A DNA stretch of 64,000 nucleotides from Candidatus Dojkabacteria bacterium (GTDB lineage Bacteria; Patescibacteriota; Dojkabacteria; B142; OLB20): assembly GCA_030583785.1 (NCBI GenBank), contig CP129475.1, positions 543,559 to 607,558 on the forward strand, in the 5' to 3' direction. A program made the translations under genes and the position numbers. Under the pieces are notes generated by a model that saw only the letters and a list, made by a program, of their open reading frames with translations, searched no databases and was not told where the DNA came from. This document shows, in pieces, positions 9,837-19,735 of the stretch; position 1 is the stretch's first letter, and the number at the start of each line of letters is the position of its first letter.

Positions 9837-11057
9837 ATGCAAGAAACAGCTCTTGGTCTTCCACATTCTGGGAAAACTGGCCCCCTAGACCCATCTCGCC
9901 TGGAGAGCAGTTCAACCACCTACACCAACGGAAACAACCATGCAACCCCCCCTACTACTAATACCGCAGAAGCGACCGAAAGAGTTGCAACTGTCGATGA
10001 GATAGAGGCATATATTAACGGAAGACTATCAGAACACAACTTAACACCCGAAAGGGTTGTAAGAATACAAGATAGAATAACTCAAGATTTTCTCTCTGGA
10101 AGAAATGTAGTAAGTTATCCACTTGGACGACTTACCAACTCTTCAGAGCAACCATTACTTAGTTTAGGTGATCAGGATTTTACTGAACTTATGCACCAAG
10201 AAATCGAAAGATTCTTTCATGGTCACGAGCATCCTTTGTCTCTATCCTTCCTTAATTGGTCAACTATGAGTTCTATTATTAGGAAAGTAGGTGACGAACG
10301 ATACGGTACTTTCGTAGAGAAGAAAGGATGGGCTATTCCAACTTTTTCTGGACTAGATGTGGATCCCGGTGACCTAAACGCCATTCACGCAGTACTAATG
10401 CTGGCACCAAACGGAGGAGACCCTGTGGAGTTAAAGCACGCAGGCAGTATGCGTATAGTTTTCAGCGATATTCCAGAAAACCCAAATGCTGATCTATTAA
10501 GTATTATCGAAAACTGGCCATTCCTAGCTACTACGCACATCAAAAACGGTCGCGACGGAGAAATTACTGTCCCACAAGCAATTCGTGACGCCTGCAAGAT
10601 ACCTGACCTTACTGGACTAGAAAGAGCAATTCGACAAGGCAATGTCGTCACCTACGAAAGACTTATTGGAGCAAATTATAAAGAGATATTCGGAGAGAAT
10701 AAAAAAGTCGGCTTCAGAAATGGCACCCTCGCAGCTATGGGTGTAATAACACTACTTGCCTCGGCAAGATTACTTAGCAGAAGATCAAGACAGCAAGATC
10801 CGATTAGATATGTTGTTCTACAGGCCGACTCTCTTAACCACGAAATATACAAAGCAAACTTTGGCGAAGGCATGGGCATATTTACAATACATGAACATGC
10901 AGAAGCGCTCAAAAAGGACAATGGCACCGATTATCGATCTGACAAAACCTTCACTTCAATTATCGACCTTAAGCAAGCACAAAAGTATATACGAGAGAAT
11001 GTACCAACCCTTGCTGGATTTGCCGAATATGCACTTAACCTAGTAAGAGAGCCCTAG
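9837..11057 (+). CDS. hypothetical soluble protein (no recognisable domain)
   Basis: 406-aa ORF after a ~600-nt AT-rich non-coding stretch. It has no TM or signal peptide, and its composition looks less AT-biased than the neighbouring genes. I recognise no motif. Confidence 0.4.
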   Translation: MQETALGLPHSGKTGPLDPSRLESSSTTYTNGNNHATPPTTNTAEATERVATVDEIEAYINGRLSEHNLTPERVVRIQDRITQDFLSGRNVVSYPLGRLTNSSEQPLLSLGDQDFTELMHQEIERFFHGHEHPLSLSFLNWSTMSSIIRKVGDERYGTFVEKKGWAIPTFSGLDVDPGDLNAIHAVLMLAPNGGDPVELKHAGSMRIVFSDIPENPNADLLSIIENWPFLATTHIKNGRDGEITVPQAIRDACKIPDLTGLERAIRQGNVVTYERLIGANYKEIFGENKKVGFRNGTLAAMGVITLLASARLLSRRSRQQDPIRYVVLQADSLNHEIYKANFGEGMGIFTIHEHAEALKKDNGTDYRSDKTFTSIIDLKQAQKYIRENVPTLAGFAEYALNLVREP

Positions 11058-11109
11058 TTTGCTTAGTTGCAAGGTTGAGACTATTATAGTAATCAATAAT
11101 ATCTAAGTT

Positions 11110-13431
11110 ATGATTACTGTTCTTTATACAGTTACAATTCTTCACTTTGTACTTGCTGCTTTTGTTATCTTCAAAGACAAGAAAAATCCTGTAAACATCA
11201 CCTTTTCGCTGTTCCTCGTGGGTGGAGCTTTATGGTCGCTCACAAATGCCTTTTTTCAGGAAGCATTAACCGAGCAGGAAATGTTTGGCTGGGCCGCAGC
11301 ATCTTACTCTGCGGCAACGGTGATGCTCTTCTTTCTGGCACTTTTTTCCAAACTTATGATCGCAGGCAGCCTAGGCAAGAAGACTGCAATTGCTCTGGCT
11401 CTAACAGGATTAATATCTTTCATAGTTGTTTACATTCCCGATTTCGTTCTAAAAGGTGTCAATTTTGAGGGGAAAGCAATTATCGGAGGCCCTGCCCTGC
11501 CGTTATTGTTTGCGACATATATTGCTCTAATGTTCTTTACACTAATCACTCTATATAGAGGAATGATTTTAGCAACTGCTCGCAGAAAAATGCAGCTTAA
11601 ACTGGTGTTCTATGGAATCCTAGTAGTTGTTCTTATCGGAAATACTACCAACCTGATACTGCCTTCATTGAATGTATACTCGTTGGTTGCATTTGGCCCG
11701 TCATTCTCTTTGGTATTCCTGTCGCTTGTAGCCGTAGCGATTCTAAAGTACCAACTGTTAGACATCCGTTTCTTGCTAGGTCGCGTGATTTACTACACCC
11801 TACTTGCAGCACTCGTATATATTGCCTTTTACTTCTTTGTTAATTTTTACGAACTTACTTTCGGTTCAACAACCTCAATTCCGACTCTTATAGTTGGCGT
11901 ACCGATTGCTTATGCATTTGTACTTGCCTTCTCTGCCTTTGACTCGATCGTAAAAAACTACACTGATACACAACTGATCAATCCGGGATACAATCCTTTA
12001 GAAACAATAGACCAGCTGACTAGAGCAACTAATCAGATGCTTGATCTTCAGGACATTGCTGAAATATCTTTGGCCACAATTGCCAAAACTATTCGTCCAT
12101 CAATTGCAGGTTTGGTTATCGACACAAAAGGATCTGCCTGGAAAACCTTTTCGCATAAAACGGAACTGGATCTTAACTCAAAGGATTATAGTTTCATTGC
12201 ATCGCTTTTTAAGGTAGACGAGTTCAAACCGATTTTGCTTGATCTGTTAGATATCGACATCACCAATTCCCCTAATCTGACTAATCAGGCGATCCTGAAA
12301 ATTATGCATCGAGACAACATACATGCAATAGTACCTATTAAAGACAACGAAAACATAATTGGACTTCTCGCTCTGGGCGCAAAAGATGGAAACAGTCCAT
12401 ACAACATGCAAGATATTCGCCTACTAGAGGGAATATCAGGAAACCTAGGTTTGGCTATTAATCGATCGCTTTTATACAGAGAGATTCAGCAATTCAACAA
12501 AGACCTGCAAAGAAAAGTTGAACAGGCAACATCAGAACTTAAAGAGAAAAACAGTAATCTCGAAGTAGCACTTGCCAAGATAGAAGAAATCCGCAGACAA
12601 GAAAGAGACATGATAGATGTTATGGGTCACGAACTACGCACTCCTATCTCGATTGTCAGAAATGCCCTAATGGTTCTTGATGGCAAGTTTAAAAAGAATG
12701 CAGGAGAAATCCCTAAAGAGATGCTTGGAAAATATCTGGAAATGGCGATTGAATCAGTCAAACGCGAACTGATTCTTATTGAAACTTTTCTATCTGCAAC
12801 AAAAGTTGAAGGTAATAGAATCCAGCTTCGACTACAAAAGATTGACCTAAACGATGTGGTTAATGACTCGCTTGAAGCTCTTGGTAGAGACGCCAAGACC
12901 AAAGGATTAAACATTATTCACAAACCAAGCAAAGAACCGATTTACGCTTATGCAGACAGAGTCCGCACCCAAGAAATTATGGATAATTTTGTAAGTAATG
13001 CCATTAAATACACACCCAGAGGGAGTATAACAATCGATGTTAAGGCAGATAAGAAATGGGTAACGGCAACTGTTAAAGATACGGGCGTAGGAATTTCCAG
13101 ACAGGATCTGGAAAAACTCGGCAAAAAGTTCTTTAGGGCTCAACCGCACTACAGCGCAACAGATGGCGCCAGACCAAGCGGAACAGGACTTGGTCTTTAT
13201 GTAACCTTTGAACTGATCGATATAATGAACGGAAAGAGAATTATTACAAGCGAGCTCGGAAAAGGTTCTACCTTCGGATTTGCTCTGCCAATATTTGATG
13301 GACAAGAAGAAAAACAGATCGATCAGACATTTATGACCGATCCAAGCCTTGCCAGTGAAACAGTAGACAACTATGCAGGTAAGCCAATCAATAGAGCCTT
13401 AAACAGGTTTATGAACAGAGAAGAAATCTAG
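11110..13431 (+). CDS. multi-pass membrane sensor histidine kinase (TM sensor, GAF-like, HisKA, HATPase_c)
   Basis: About 8-9 N-terminal TM helices. H-box MGHELRTPISIVRNAL. N/G boxes: NAIKYT, DTGVGI, GTGLGLYV, GKGSTFGF. Confidence 0.8.
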   Translation: MITVLYTVTILHFVLAAFVIFKDKKNPVNITFSLFLVGGALWSLTNAFFQEALTEQEMFGWAAASYSAATVMLFFLALFSKLMIAGSLGKKTAIALALTGLISFIVVYIPDFVLKGVNFEGKAIIGGPALPLLFATYIALMFFTLITLYRGMILATARRKMQLKLVFYGILVVVLIGNTTNLILPSLNVYSLVAFGPSFSLVFLSLVAVAILKYQLLDIRFLLGRVIYYTLLAALVYIAFYFFVNFYELTFGSTTSIPTLIVGVPIAYAFVLAFSAFDSIVKNYTDTQLINPGYNPLETIDQLTRATNQMLDLQDIAEISLATIAKTIRPSIAGLVIDTKGSAWKTFSHKTELDLNSKDYSFIASLFKVDEFKPILLDLLDIDITNSPNLTNQAILKIMHRDNIHAIVPIKDNENIIGLLALGAKDGNSPYNMQDIRLLEGISGNLGLAINRSLLYREIQQFNKDLQRKVEQATSELKEKNSNLEVALAKIEEIRRQERDMIDVMGHELRTPISIVRNALMVLDGKFKKNAGEIPKEMLGKYLEMAIESVKRELILIETFLSATKVEGNRIQLRLQKIDLNDVVNDSLEALGRDAKTKGLNIIHKPSKEPIYAYADRVRTQEIMDNFVSNAIKYTPRGSITIDVKADKKWVTATVKDTGVGISRQDLEKLGKKFFRAQPHYSATDGARPSGTGLGLYVTFELIDIMNGKRIITSELGKGSTFGFALPIFDGQEEKQIDQTFMTDPSLASETVDNYAGKPINRALNRFMNREEI

Positions 13432-14498
13432 TATTCTCTGTTAATCATATAATCAGCAACACCATCTAAGAATTCTCTGCCCTCCCCTTGCCACTCGAGT
13501 CTAGTTTCTAGTGCAGCTTTTGCCTGGGCTACAAACTTTCTTGTTTGTTCTTGTGAGTATTCCAAAGAACCTGTATCGCGGATAATCTGTCTGACCTTGT
13601 CGGCATCTTTCTGAGTTATATTATGATTACCAAGTGCCTGAGTTATTGTTTTCACCTGTTTTGGAGTTCCGTTTTCTAAAGCCTTGATTATTAAAAGTGT
13701 GTGTTTTCCCTCTCGCAAGTCAGAAGTATTTGCTTTGCCTAGCTTTTCTTCGTCTCCAAACATGCCAAGGATATCGTCTTGGATTTGAAAAGCTATCCCA
13801 GCAGGAATAGCATAGTCTGTTAAGACTTTCACATCATCGTCAGTCGCACCTGCAAGAATTGCACCAACCGAGATCGGAGTTTCGTAGGTATATGTTGCGG
13901 TCTTAAACTCATGAACCAAAAAGACATCTTCCTCGCTAACACTTTTTCTTACAGAGCCTACTACATCTAGCATTTGTCCATAACCTACGGTTACAATCTG
14001 CTTATGAAGTTTGCTTAGTGCTTTAACCTTTAGCGGAGCATCAAAGTCTGAATCGGTTAAAATATCACAAGCAAGATGACAGGCAATATCTCCAAGATTA
14101 ATCGCCATACTTTCTCCAAAATGGACCGGATCTTGCATTCCATACTGTTGCCTATGGACATCTGCGTATATTGTATGAATTGTCGCTCCTCCTCTGCGTA
14201 AAGCGTCCTGATCCATAACATCATCGTGAATCAATAGGTACGACTGGATGATTTCGATAAAGGCAGATACTCGCAGAGCCTCTTCTGAATTCTTGCCACG
14301 AAGCATAAGATAGGTATAATACATTAAGGCTGCACGCAAACGCTTGGCTTTTCTGAGAGTATATTCTTTTAGATAAGTCACCGCAGAATGTGCCACCGGA
14401 GATATATTCTTAGCTTGCGGGACAACTTGGTCAAAATATTCATCTAGAAGTGGTTCAAGTTTATTTCTAAACTGCTCTAGTGTTTGTTTTGCGTCCAT
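13428..14498 (-). CDS. trans-polyprenyl diphosphate synthase (FPP/GGPP synthase family)
   Basis: First and second Asp-rich motifs: LIHDDVMDQDALRRG and FQIQDDILGMFGDEEKLGK. Product chain length cannot be read from the sequence. Confidence 0.8.
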   Translation of the reverse strand: MDAKQTLEQFRNKLEPLLDEYFDQVVPQAKNISPVAHSAVTYLKEYTLRKAKRLRAALMYYTYLMLRGKNSEEALRVSAFIEIIQSYLLIHDDVMDQDALRRGGATIHTIYADVHRQQYGMQDPVHFGESMAINLGDIACHLACDILTDSDFDAPLKVKALSKLHKQIVTVGYGQMLDVVGSVRKSVSEEDVFLVHEFKTATYTYETPISVGAILAGATDDDVKVLTDYAIPAGIAFQIQDDILGMFGDEEKLGKANTSDLREGKHTLLIIKALENGTPKQVKTITQALGNHNITQKDADKVRQIIRDTGSLEYSQEQTRKFVAQAKAALETRLEWQGEGREFLDGVADYMINREY

Positions 14499-14573
14499 AT
14501 TGATGTAAAGTGATGATGGATATATTTTCCACGATTATATAGCAGAAACTGGGTTAGGTCTAACATTTCAGAT

Positions 14574-16124
14574 ATGAACTCAAGTAAAATTAAAGATACC
14601 ATAAGTGGATGTAATACTTATCCTCACACAACTTTCTCAATATATGGTCTGACAATTATCCTTATAGACAACCTTGAATCTTTCAAAGATCTTGAGCTCA
14701 CAGTTGTTGACCATATTCTTAATAATGCTAGATCTATTTGTATAAGTGGTAAAGATTATCGTTTAATTATCGAAGGCAAAGAATCGAACTATTATCAATC
14801 ACATTTCTTCAACTTCCAGCTAAATCTCATGGTATATGTTGGTTTAAATCGGTTTACGAAAAGAAGTGATTATCGCAAGAGAGAGATTAAGCAATTAGGT
14901 AGAGATATTATTCACTTTCTTGAGCATGAGATAAATAAGCTAACGGACTTCAACGAAAAAACTGTTGGCTTTGAATTAGTTGTAGGGAAATACATAAATC
15001 AGATACCAAAGCTATATAGAAACAAGAACTACGCGAAAATAATAAGCAAAAGAAGAGAGAGACTATCAAGGAAGTCACCTATACTTATATATACTGCTGA
15101 AGGGCTCGATAAGGATATACTATCACAAATTGATATAGCTCCCTTTATCGACAGTATTCCATCAAGATCAATGATTGCAAATTCACCAGAGGCCTCGATT
15201 CTGCTTGCCGAGAGAGCAACACACTCAAAAGAAATTATAGTTAATAAAATAAAAGATACGATAAATGAGCATGGAGGACTCCCTGCATTCTGGCAGTCAG
15301 AGTATTTCAATCTCTTTTGGATGACAGAAATCCTTTCCGTCTCAAATCAAATCGACAGTGAAACAAATAAATTACTATTTGATAAGCTTAAATTAACAAC
15401 CCTAATTAGTGATGGCATGGAAGGATCTATGAATAAGAAGAAGGGTTTCAGTATCGCAAAAGGTTTTAGCTTATACGATCTTGATACAACCGCAATGGGT
15501 ATAAGAGCATTGGCGTATATTGGAATTGATAACCACCAATTGGAAGAATTTAACTATAATTACTATCTATCTAATGGCGGTAAGTATCAAACCTATCCCA
15601 ACGACAATAGAGAATCTGTAACAACAATCGCACATACTTTATCTGCACAGATTATTCAAAGAAATGTCGATCCCAATATTGTAAACCAATTATTAAATCT
15701 AATTAATCGCAATCAATTAAGTGATAAATGGCATACATCAAGAGTATATGTATTGTTTACGATTCTACACAGCTTAATTGAATTAAGAAAGTTTACAAAT
15801 GATTATGTAGATGTTACAGAACTGGTATTACGAAAACTAATGACATATAAAAGTAAAAATTCAATGTCATTTACTTCTTTGAATTTACCTGGTGGTGGGA
15901 CTATTGAAGAGACATGTTGGGCGATTCTATCAATCTATCATTACTTAAAATCTTCAGAGAAACAAGACAAATATCTAACTCAAATACTAAAGGGTGCAAT
16001 TGAATTTATTAAAGAGGAGAGAGAAAGGTACCTAACCGAGAAACTCTGGGTAGTCAAGATCCCCTACAGGCCCTATTATGTTGTAGATACTTTAATTAAT
16101 TGTTGTTTAGGTATTAATATCTGA
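14574..16124 (+). CDS. alpha/alpha-toroid protein resembling class II terpene cyclase / prenyltransferase-squalene oxidase repeat family (DxDTTA variant motif)
   Basis: C-terminal ~300 aa carry repeated helical-hairpin signatures: HGGLPAFW, SNGGKYQ, NLPGGGTIEETCWAILSI (compare GGWGE...TAWALLAL). A YDLDTTAMGIRALAYIG segment is close to the class II cyclase DxDDTA(M/V) motif with its third Asp replaced by Thr. The N-terminal ~200 aa are of unknown fold. The gene is very AT-rich and divergent from the polyprenyl synthase. Confidence 0.35.
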   Translation: MNSSKIKDTISGCNTYPHTTFSIYGLTIILIDNLESFKDLELTVVDHILNNARSICISGKDYRLIIEGKESNYYQSHFFNFQLNLMVYVGLNRFTKRSDYRKREIKQLGRDIIHFLEHEINKLTDFNEKTVGFELVVGKYINQIPKLYRNKNYAKIISKRRERLSRKSPILIYTAEGLDKDILSQIDIAPFIDSIPSRSMIANSPEASILLAERATHSKEIIVNKIKDTINEHGGLPAFWQSEYFNLFWMTEILSVSNQIDSETNKLLFDKLKLTTLISDGMEGSMNKKKGFSIAKGFSLYDLDTTAMGIRALAYIGIDNHQLEEFNYNYYLSNGGKYQTYPNDNRESVTTIAHTLSAQIIQRNVDPNIVNQLLNLINRNQLSDKWHTSRVYVLFTILHSLIELRKFTNDYVDVTELVLRKLMTYKSKNSMSFTSLNLPGGGTIEETCWAILSIYHYLKSSEKQDKYLTQILKGAIEFIKEERERYLTEKLWVVKIPYRPYYVVDTLINCCLGINI

Positions 16125-16128
16125 AAAT

Positions 16129-16683
16129 ATGAAAGCAATCTCAATTATTACAGAGCCTAAACTTACATTCACCATTCTACTTATATACATATCGATCTTC
16201 AGAAACAATAATTTGATTGAATTCTTTGTATATCTGCTAGTTATAATTATTTCACTATTATTGGTAAAGAGAACGAAAGATAAAAACCTTGTTGAAGAAA
16301 CTTATGAATATAAAACTAAACCTGAGAAATCTCTTCGAATAAGCACATATTTATTGACAATCATAATGTCGATTCTTATGTTTTTATTCGCGGTAATAAA
16401 CAGCCGACAATCAGACCTATCATTTTCATTAATTCTGATTGTGTTAACAATTATTATGCTTGTCTTTGCCATACTAGGCACAAAACTAAGCGCACATTTA
16501 ATGTATACAGCGCTCATTATTCTCTATTTCTTTGAAGGTGTGACTAGTTTCATCATAATGTTGTTAGTTTTGCCTTTCGTTGCATTCTCACGAGTAAAGT
16601 TAAAGAAGCATAGTATTAAGCAAATTTTTATGACAGCAATATTAATAGTAATAGTTTCGATAATCAGGGCATTAATAAAATGA
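16129..16683 (+). CDS. polytopic small membrane protein (hypothetical)
   Basis: 184 aa with 5-6 hydrophobic helices. Sits in the very AT-rich island, translationally coupled to the flanking genes. Confidence 0.4.
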   Translation: MKAISIITEPKLTFTILLIYISIFRNNNLIEFFVYLLVIIISLLLVKRTKDKNLVEETYEYKTKPEKSLRISTYLLTIIMSILMFLFAVINSRQSDLSFSLILIVLTIIMLVFAILGTKLSAHLMYTALIILYFFEGVTSFIIMLLVLPFVAFSRVKLKKHSIKQIFMTAILIVIVSIIRALIK

Positions 16684-18671
16684 ATCAAAAATACACAGAT
16701 AACAATCTCCAGACAGATATTGATCGACTATTTGTAGCTCAAGATATCATTAAGGAGTTATCAGCAAAAAATTCATTTGAAGAAGTTGCGGTTAGTGCTC
16801 TAACTTTAATCGAGAAAAGAATGGGTTACTCTGCCGCATCGATATCTATGGTTAATAATGAAAAAGACACGATTCAATTAAAATATGTTTCAGATACATA
16901 TCTTTCGAAGATCCTTAAAAGCCTTGTATTAAACGAAAGGGTTATGGGTCAATATAGTATGAAAAAAGGGATAAAGACATTAACAATGCGAGCAGCACTT
17001 GAAGGTGAAGTAAAGATTGATAACGATATAACAAAATTCACAGTACCACCATTAACAAGAACAATTGCTCAAGCAATTCAGTTATTTACTAGGACAAAAT
17101 GTATGGTAGCTGTACCAATAAGATCGAAAGCTAGGGTAATTGCTGTACTAAACTTTACTGTTCCTAAAGACAAAACTGAAATTGGGGTAAACGAACAGAA
17201 GACATTAAAACTTTTTGTTGACCAGATAGGTCTAATTATAGATAACATTATCAACAACGAAGAGATAAAGAGCTTCAACAAACAACTTGAGGAAAAGGTC
17301 GCAATCGCAACAAAAGACCTCGAAAAAAGAAATACGAACCTTGAAACCTTATACAACTTGACTAGTAATATATCTCAAACACTCAATCCCGATCAAGTAC
17401 TGCAAACTTCTGTGAACACGATCCCCATCGATGAGGAACTTATAGGTGTTACCGTTTCAACATATGACCAAATCACAAAGAAGATCTCCATAAAAGCAAC
17501 AACCCAGAGTTTACTTGCAGAAAAGGCACTTGAAATAATCGGAAATTTCTCAAAGTATGAACTCAATTTATCGAACCCATTACATAGAAAGAATCTCCTA
17601 GTAAGAGCTTTGAAAGAAGGAACACCAAAGGAAACAAAGGATTTGTATGATTTTGTTAGACCAATCCTTAACAAATCAATGTCTGAAGGTTTAAACAGAT
17701 TATTAAAAATTGAGAACATACTTATTTACCCATTGTTAGCCCGTGGTGAACCTATTGGTGCAATCGTCTTCTATCTTAAAAAAGTCGGGGAGACAAGTAT
17801 TACAACCGAAAAACAACAGCTTTATTCTACTTATGCGTCACAGCTAAGTATCGCACTTGAGAACGCACTCCTATTTAGCAAATCACAAGAAATTACTACC
17901 AATTTGCAAGAAGCCAGGCAAAGAGAAAGGGATATGGTTGATGTCATGGGGCATGAACTAAGAACACCTATTTCTATTGTCAGAAATGCTCTATTAACAC
18001 TTGAGAAAGATTACAAAGCAGATAAGAAGATTGAAGATCAAGAAAAACTTGGTAGGTATTTAGACATGGCAATTGAATCAACAAAAAGAGAGATTCGTTT
18101 GATAGAAACCCTTCTCTCAGCTACGAAAGTTGAAGGAAACAAGGTTCAACTTGACCTAACGAAAGTTGATTTGACAGATGTGATCAACGACTCAATAGAA
18201 GCGATGAAAGGATACTTTGATGACAAGCCCAGAGTCAAACTTATCTACAATGCACCCAAAAGGCCAGTCTATATATATTCCGATCGAGTGAGGATACAAG
18301 AAATTACAGACAATTTATTAAGTAATGCTATTAAATATACTGCAGAAGGTTATGTAAAGATTGATTTACAAAAAAATAGCGATGAGGCTTGGATCACTAT
18401 TAAGGACACAGGCATCGGAATCGATGAACCTGACTTAAAAAACCTGGGCCATAAGTTCTTTAGAGCCAAAGGTATGCTAACTGAAGATCCAAATATTGTG
18501 CAGCCTAGTGGGACAGGACTTGGTCTTTTTGTATCGTTTAATCTACTGAAGCTTCTAAACGGCAGAAAACAAATTAAGAGTAATCGAGGAAAAGGATCAA
18601 CATTCAGCTTTTCGCAACCAATCTATAGAAATCAAAGGAATTCAAGAATTGAAGGGTCGATGGTAGGCTGA
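16680..18671 (+). CDS. soluble GAF-domain sensor histidine kinase, paralog of 11110..13431
   Basis: The HisKA/HATPase_c region is nearly collinear with HK1 (RERDMVDVMGHELRTPISIVRNAL ; LIETLLSATKVEGN ; NAIKYT ; GTGLGLFV ; GKGSTFSF). No TM segment. The N-terminus has GAF-like repeats. Confidence 0.75.
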   Translation: MNQKYTDNNLQTDIDRLFVAQDIIKELSAKNSFEEVAVSALTLIEKRMGYSAASISMVNNEKDTIQLKYVSDTYLSKILKSLVLNERVMGQYSMKKGIKTLTMRAALEGEVKIDNDITKFTVPPLTRTIAQAIQLFTRTKCMVAVPIRSKARVIAVLNFTVPKDKTEIGVNEQKTLKLFVDQIGLIIDNIINNEEIKSFNKQLEEKVAIATKDLEKRNTNLETLYNLTSNISQTLNPDQVLQTSVNTIPIDEELIGVTVSTYDQITKKISIKATTQSLLAEKALEIIGNFSKYELNLSNPLHRKNLLVRALKEGTPKETKDLYDFVRPILNKSMSEGLNRLLKIENILIYPLLARGEPIGAIVFYLKKVGETSITTEKQQLYSTYASQLSIALENALLFSKSQEITTNLQEARQRERDMVDVMGHELRTPISIVRNALLTLEKDYKADKKIEDQEKLGRYLDMAIESTKREIRLIETLLSATKVEGNKVQLDLTKVDLTDVINDSIEAMKGYFDDKPRVKLIYNAPKRPVYIYSDRVRIQEITDNLLSNAIKYTAEGYVKIDLQKNSDEAWITIKDTGIGIDEPDLKNLGHKFFRAKGMLTEDPNIVQPSGTGLGLFVSFNLLKLLNGRKQIKSNRGKGSTFSFSQPIYRNQRNSRIEGSMVG

Positions 18672-18792
18672 CTCAACCTTCTCTTTATTCTATATTCTCT
18701 TAGCTTTCTACCTAATCTGGACATTCGTAGATGATAACTGAGAAATCATAGCAATGTTGCACTTGCTGGCATTGTATTCTAATACAAACCGC

Positions 18793-19650
18793 TCAAATCA
18801 GTGTCCACCAGAAGTCCCCTGTATTAACAGGATGAGCAGTGCATTTATACCTTCTAGTTGTTCCGTTAGGTAGGTTGAACTTATATTCTCTTCCTTCCTC
18901 AACACATGGACTATTAGGGATTCCATAATCTTCGGGAAAACCATTTACTTCAGACGGTGCACAACTCAAGCCACTCTGACATGCTACATTACTGACAGTA
19001 CAAGTTTCCGGAGGCAGTCCACCATCGGTTCCATAACAACCGTTTGAAGAACCGGCCGCAGAACCTATATCACAACAACCGCCTACCCCATCACTTACAG
19101 ATGATATCAGTGAGGATGTTGGAGTTGCTGTTGCACCCGTAGGTGCTACTGAATCATCGCCCTGATTCTGTGATCCGGTTTCTGAACACACCGTACTGAA
19201 AAAAAATGTAAACCCAGGATCTCTGAGGTTGGCATAACATTCTGCCTCGTTGGATATGAGCCCTCGCATGATAGTTGCCACCACTGGCTGCGAAAGAAAA
19301 TACAAAAGCACACCTATCACCCATTGGCCTCCTCTTTTTTTTGCCTGCTCTGCTTTTTGTTCATCACCGGCACTTGTAAGGTAGATAAACCCGATAACAA
19401 CAAGCAGAAGCATAAAAACTATTCCTCCAAAAGCCCAGGCAGCATAAATAAACCTGATAACAACATATTGAAGCTCTCTGAGTTGAGGAGGTTCGCAATT
19501 TGGATCGTTAAGATCACATGGTGGTGTTAATCCTTGGGCATTGACTGAATCAAAAGAACCTACTAGCAAAGGTAACAAGAGCATAGTCAAAACGACCAGC
19601 AATACACCAAGTCTTTTTAATAACAAGATTAATGAATCGATTCTTTTCAT
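18793..19650 (-). CDS. VirB2/TrbC-like pilin-fold protein with C-terminal Cys/Gly/Ser-rich ectodomain (paralog 1)
   Basis: Signal peptide (MKRIDSLILLLKRLGVLLVVLTMLLLPLLVG). Two Cys in the short pre-core segment (PPCDLNDPNCEPP). Hydrophobic helix, charged loop (TSAGDEQKAEQAKKRG), second helix. A ~160-aa C-terminal domain with ~12 Cys follows. Start moved to the internal Met (19650); the ORF track gives 19722. Confidence 0.5.
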   Translation of the reverse strand: MKRIDSLILLLKRLGVLLVVLTMLLLPLLVGSFDSVNAQGLTPPCDLNDPNCEPPQLRELQYVVIRFIYAAWAFGGIVFMLLLVVIGFIYLTSAGDEQKAEQAKKRGGQWVIGVLLYFLSQPVVATIMRGLISNEAECYANLRDPGFTFFFSTVCSETGSQNQGDDSVAPTGATATPTSSLISSVSDGVGGCCDIGSAAGSSNGCYGTDGGLPPETCTVSNVACQSGLSCAPSEVNGFPEDYGIPNSPCVEEGREYKFNLPNGTTRRYKCTAHPVNTGDFWWTLI

Positions 19651-19735
19651 GTTTATAGTATAGGTCAGCTGTAAACAAAGTTCCAGAAAAAAAAGATCCG
19701 CACTAGGCGGATCTTTAAGCACATTTTAGTAATAA

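Noticed and set aside
18672-18792. Possible terminator between convergent HK2 and pilin-like paralog 1
   Set aside because: Only weak, imperfect complementarity (caatgttgcacttgctggcattg) with no U-tract. Not convincing.
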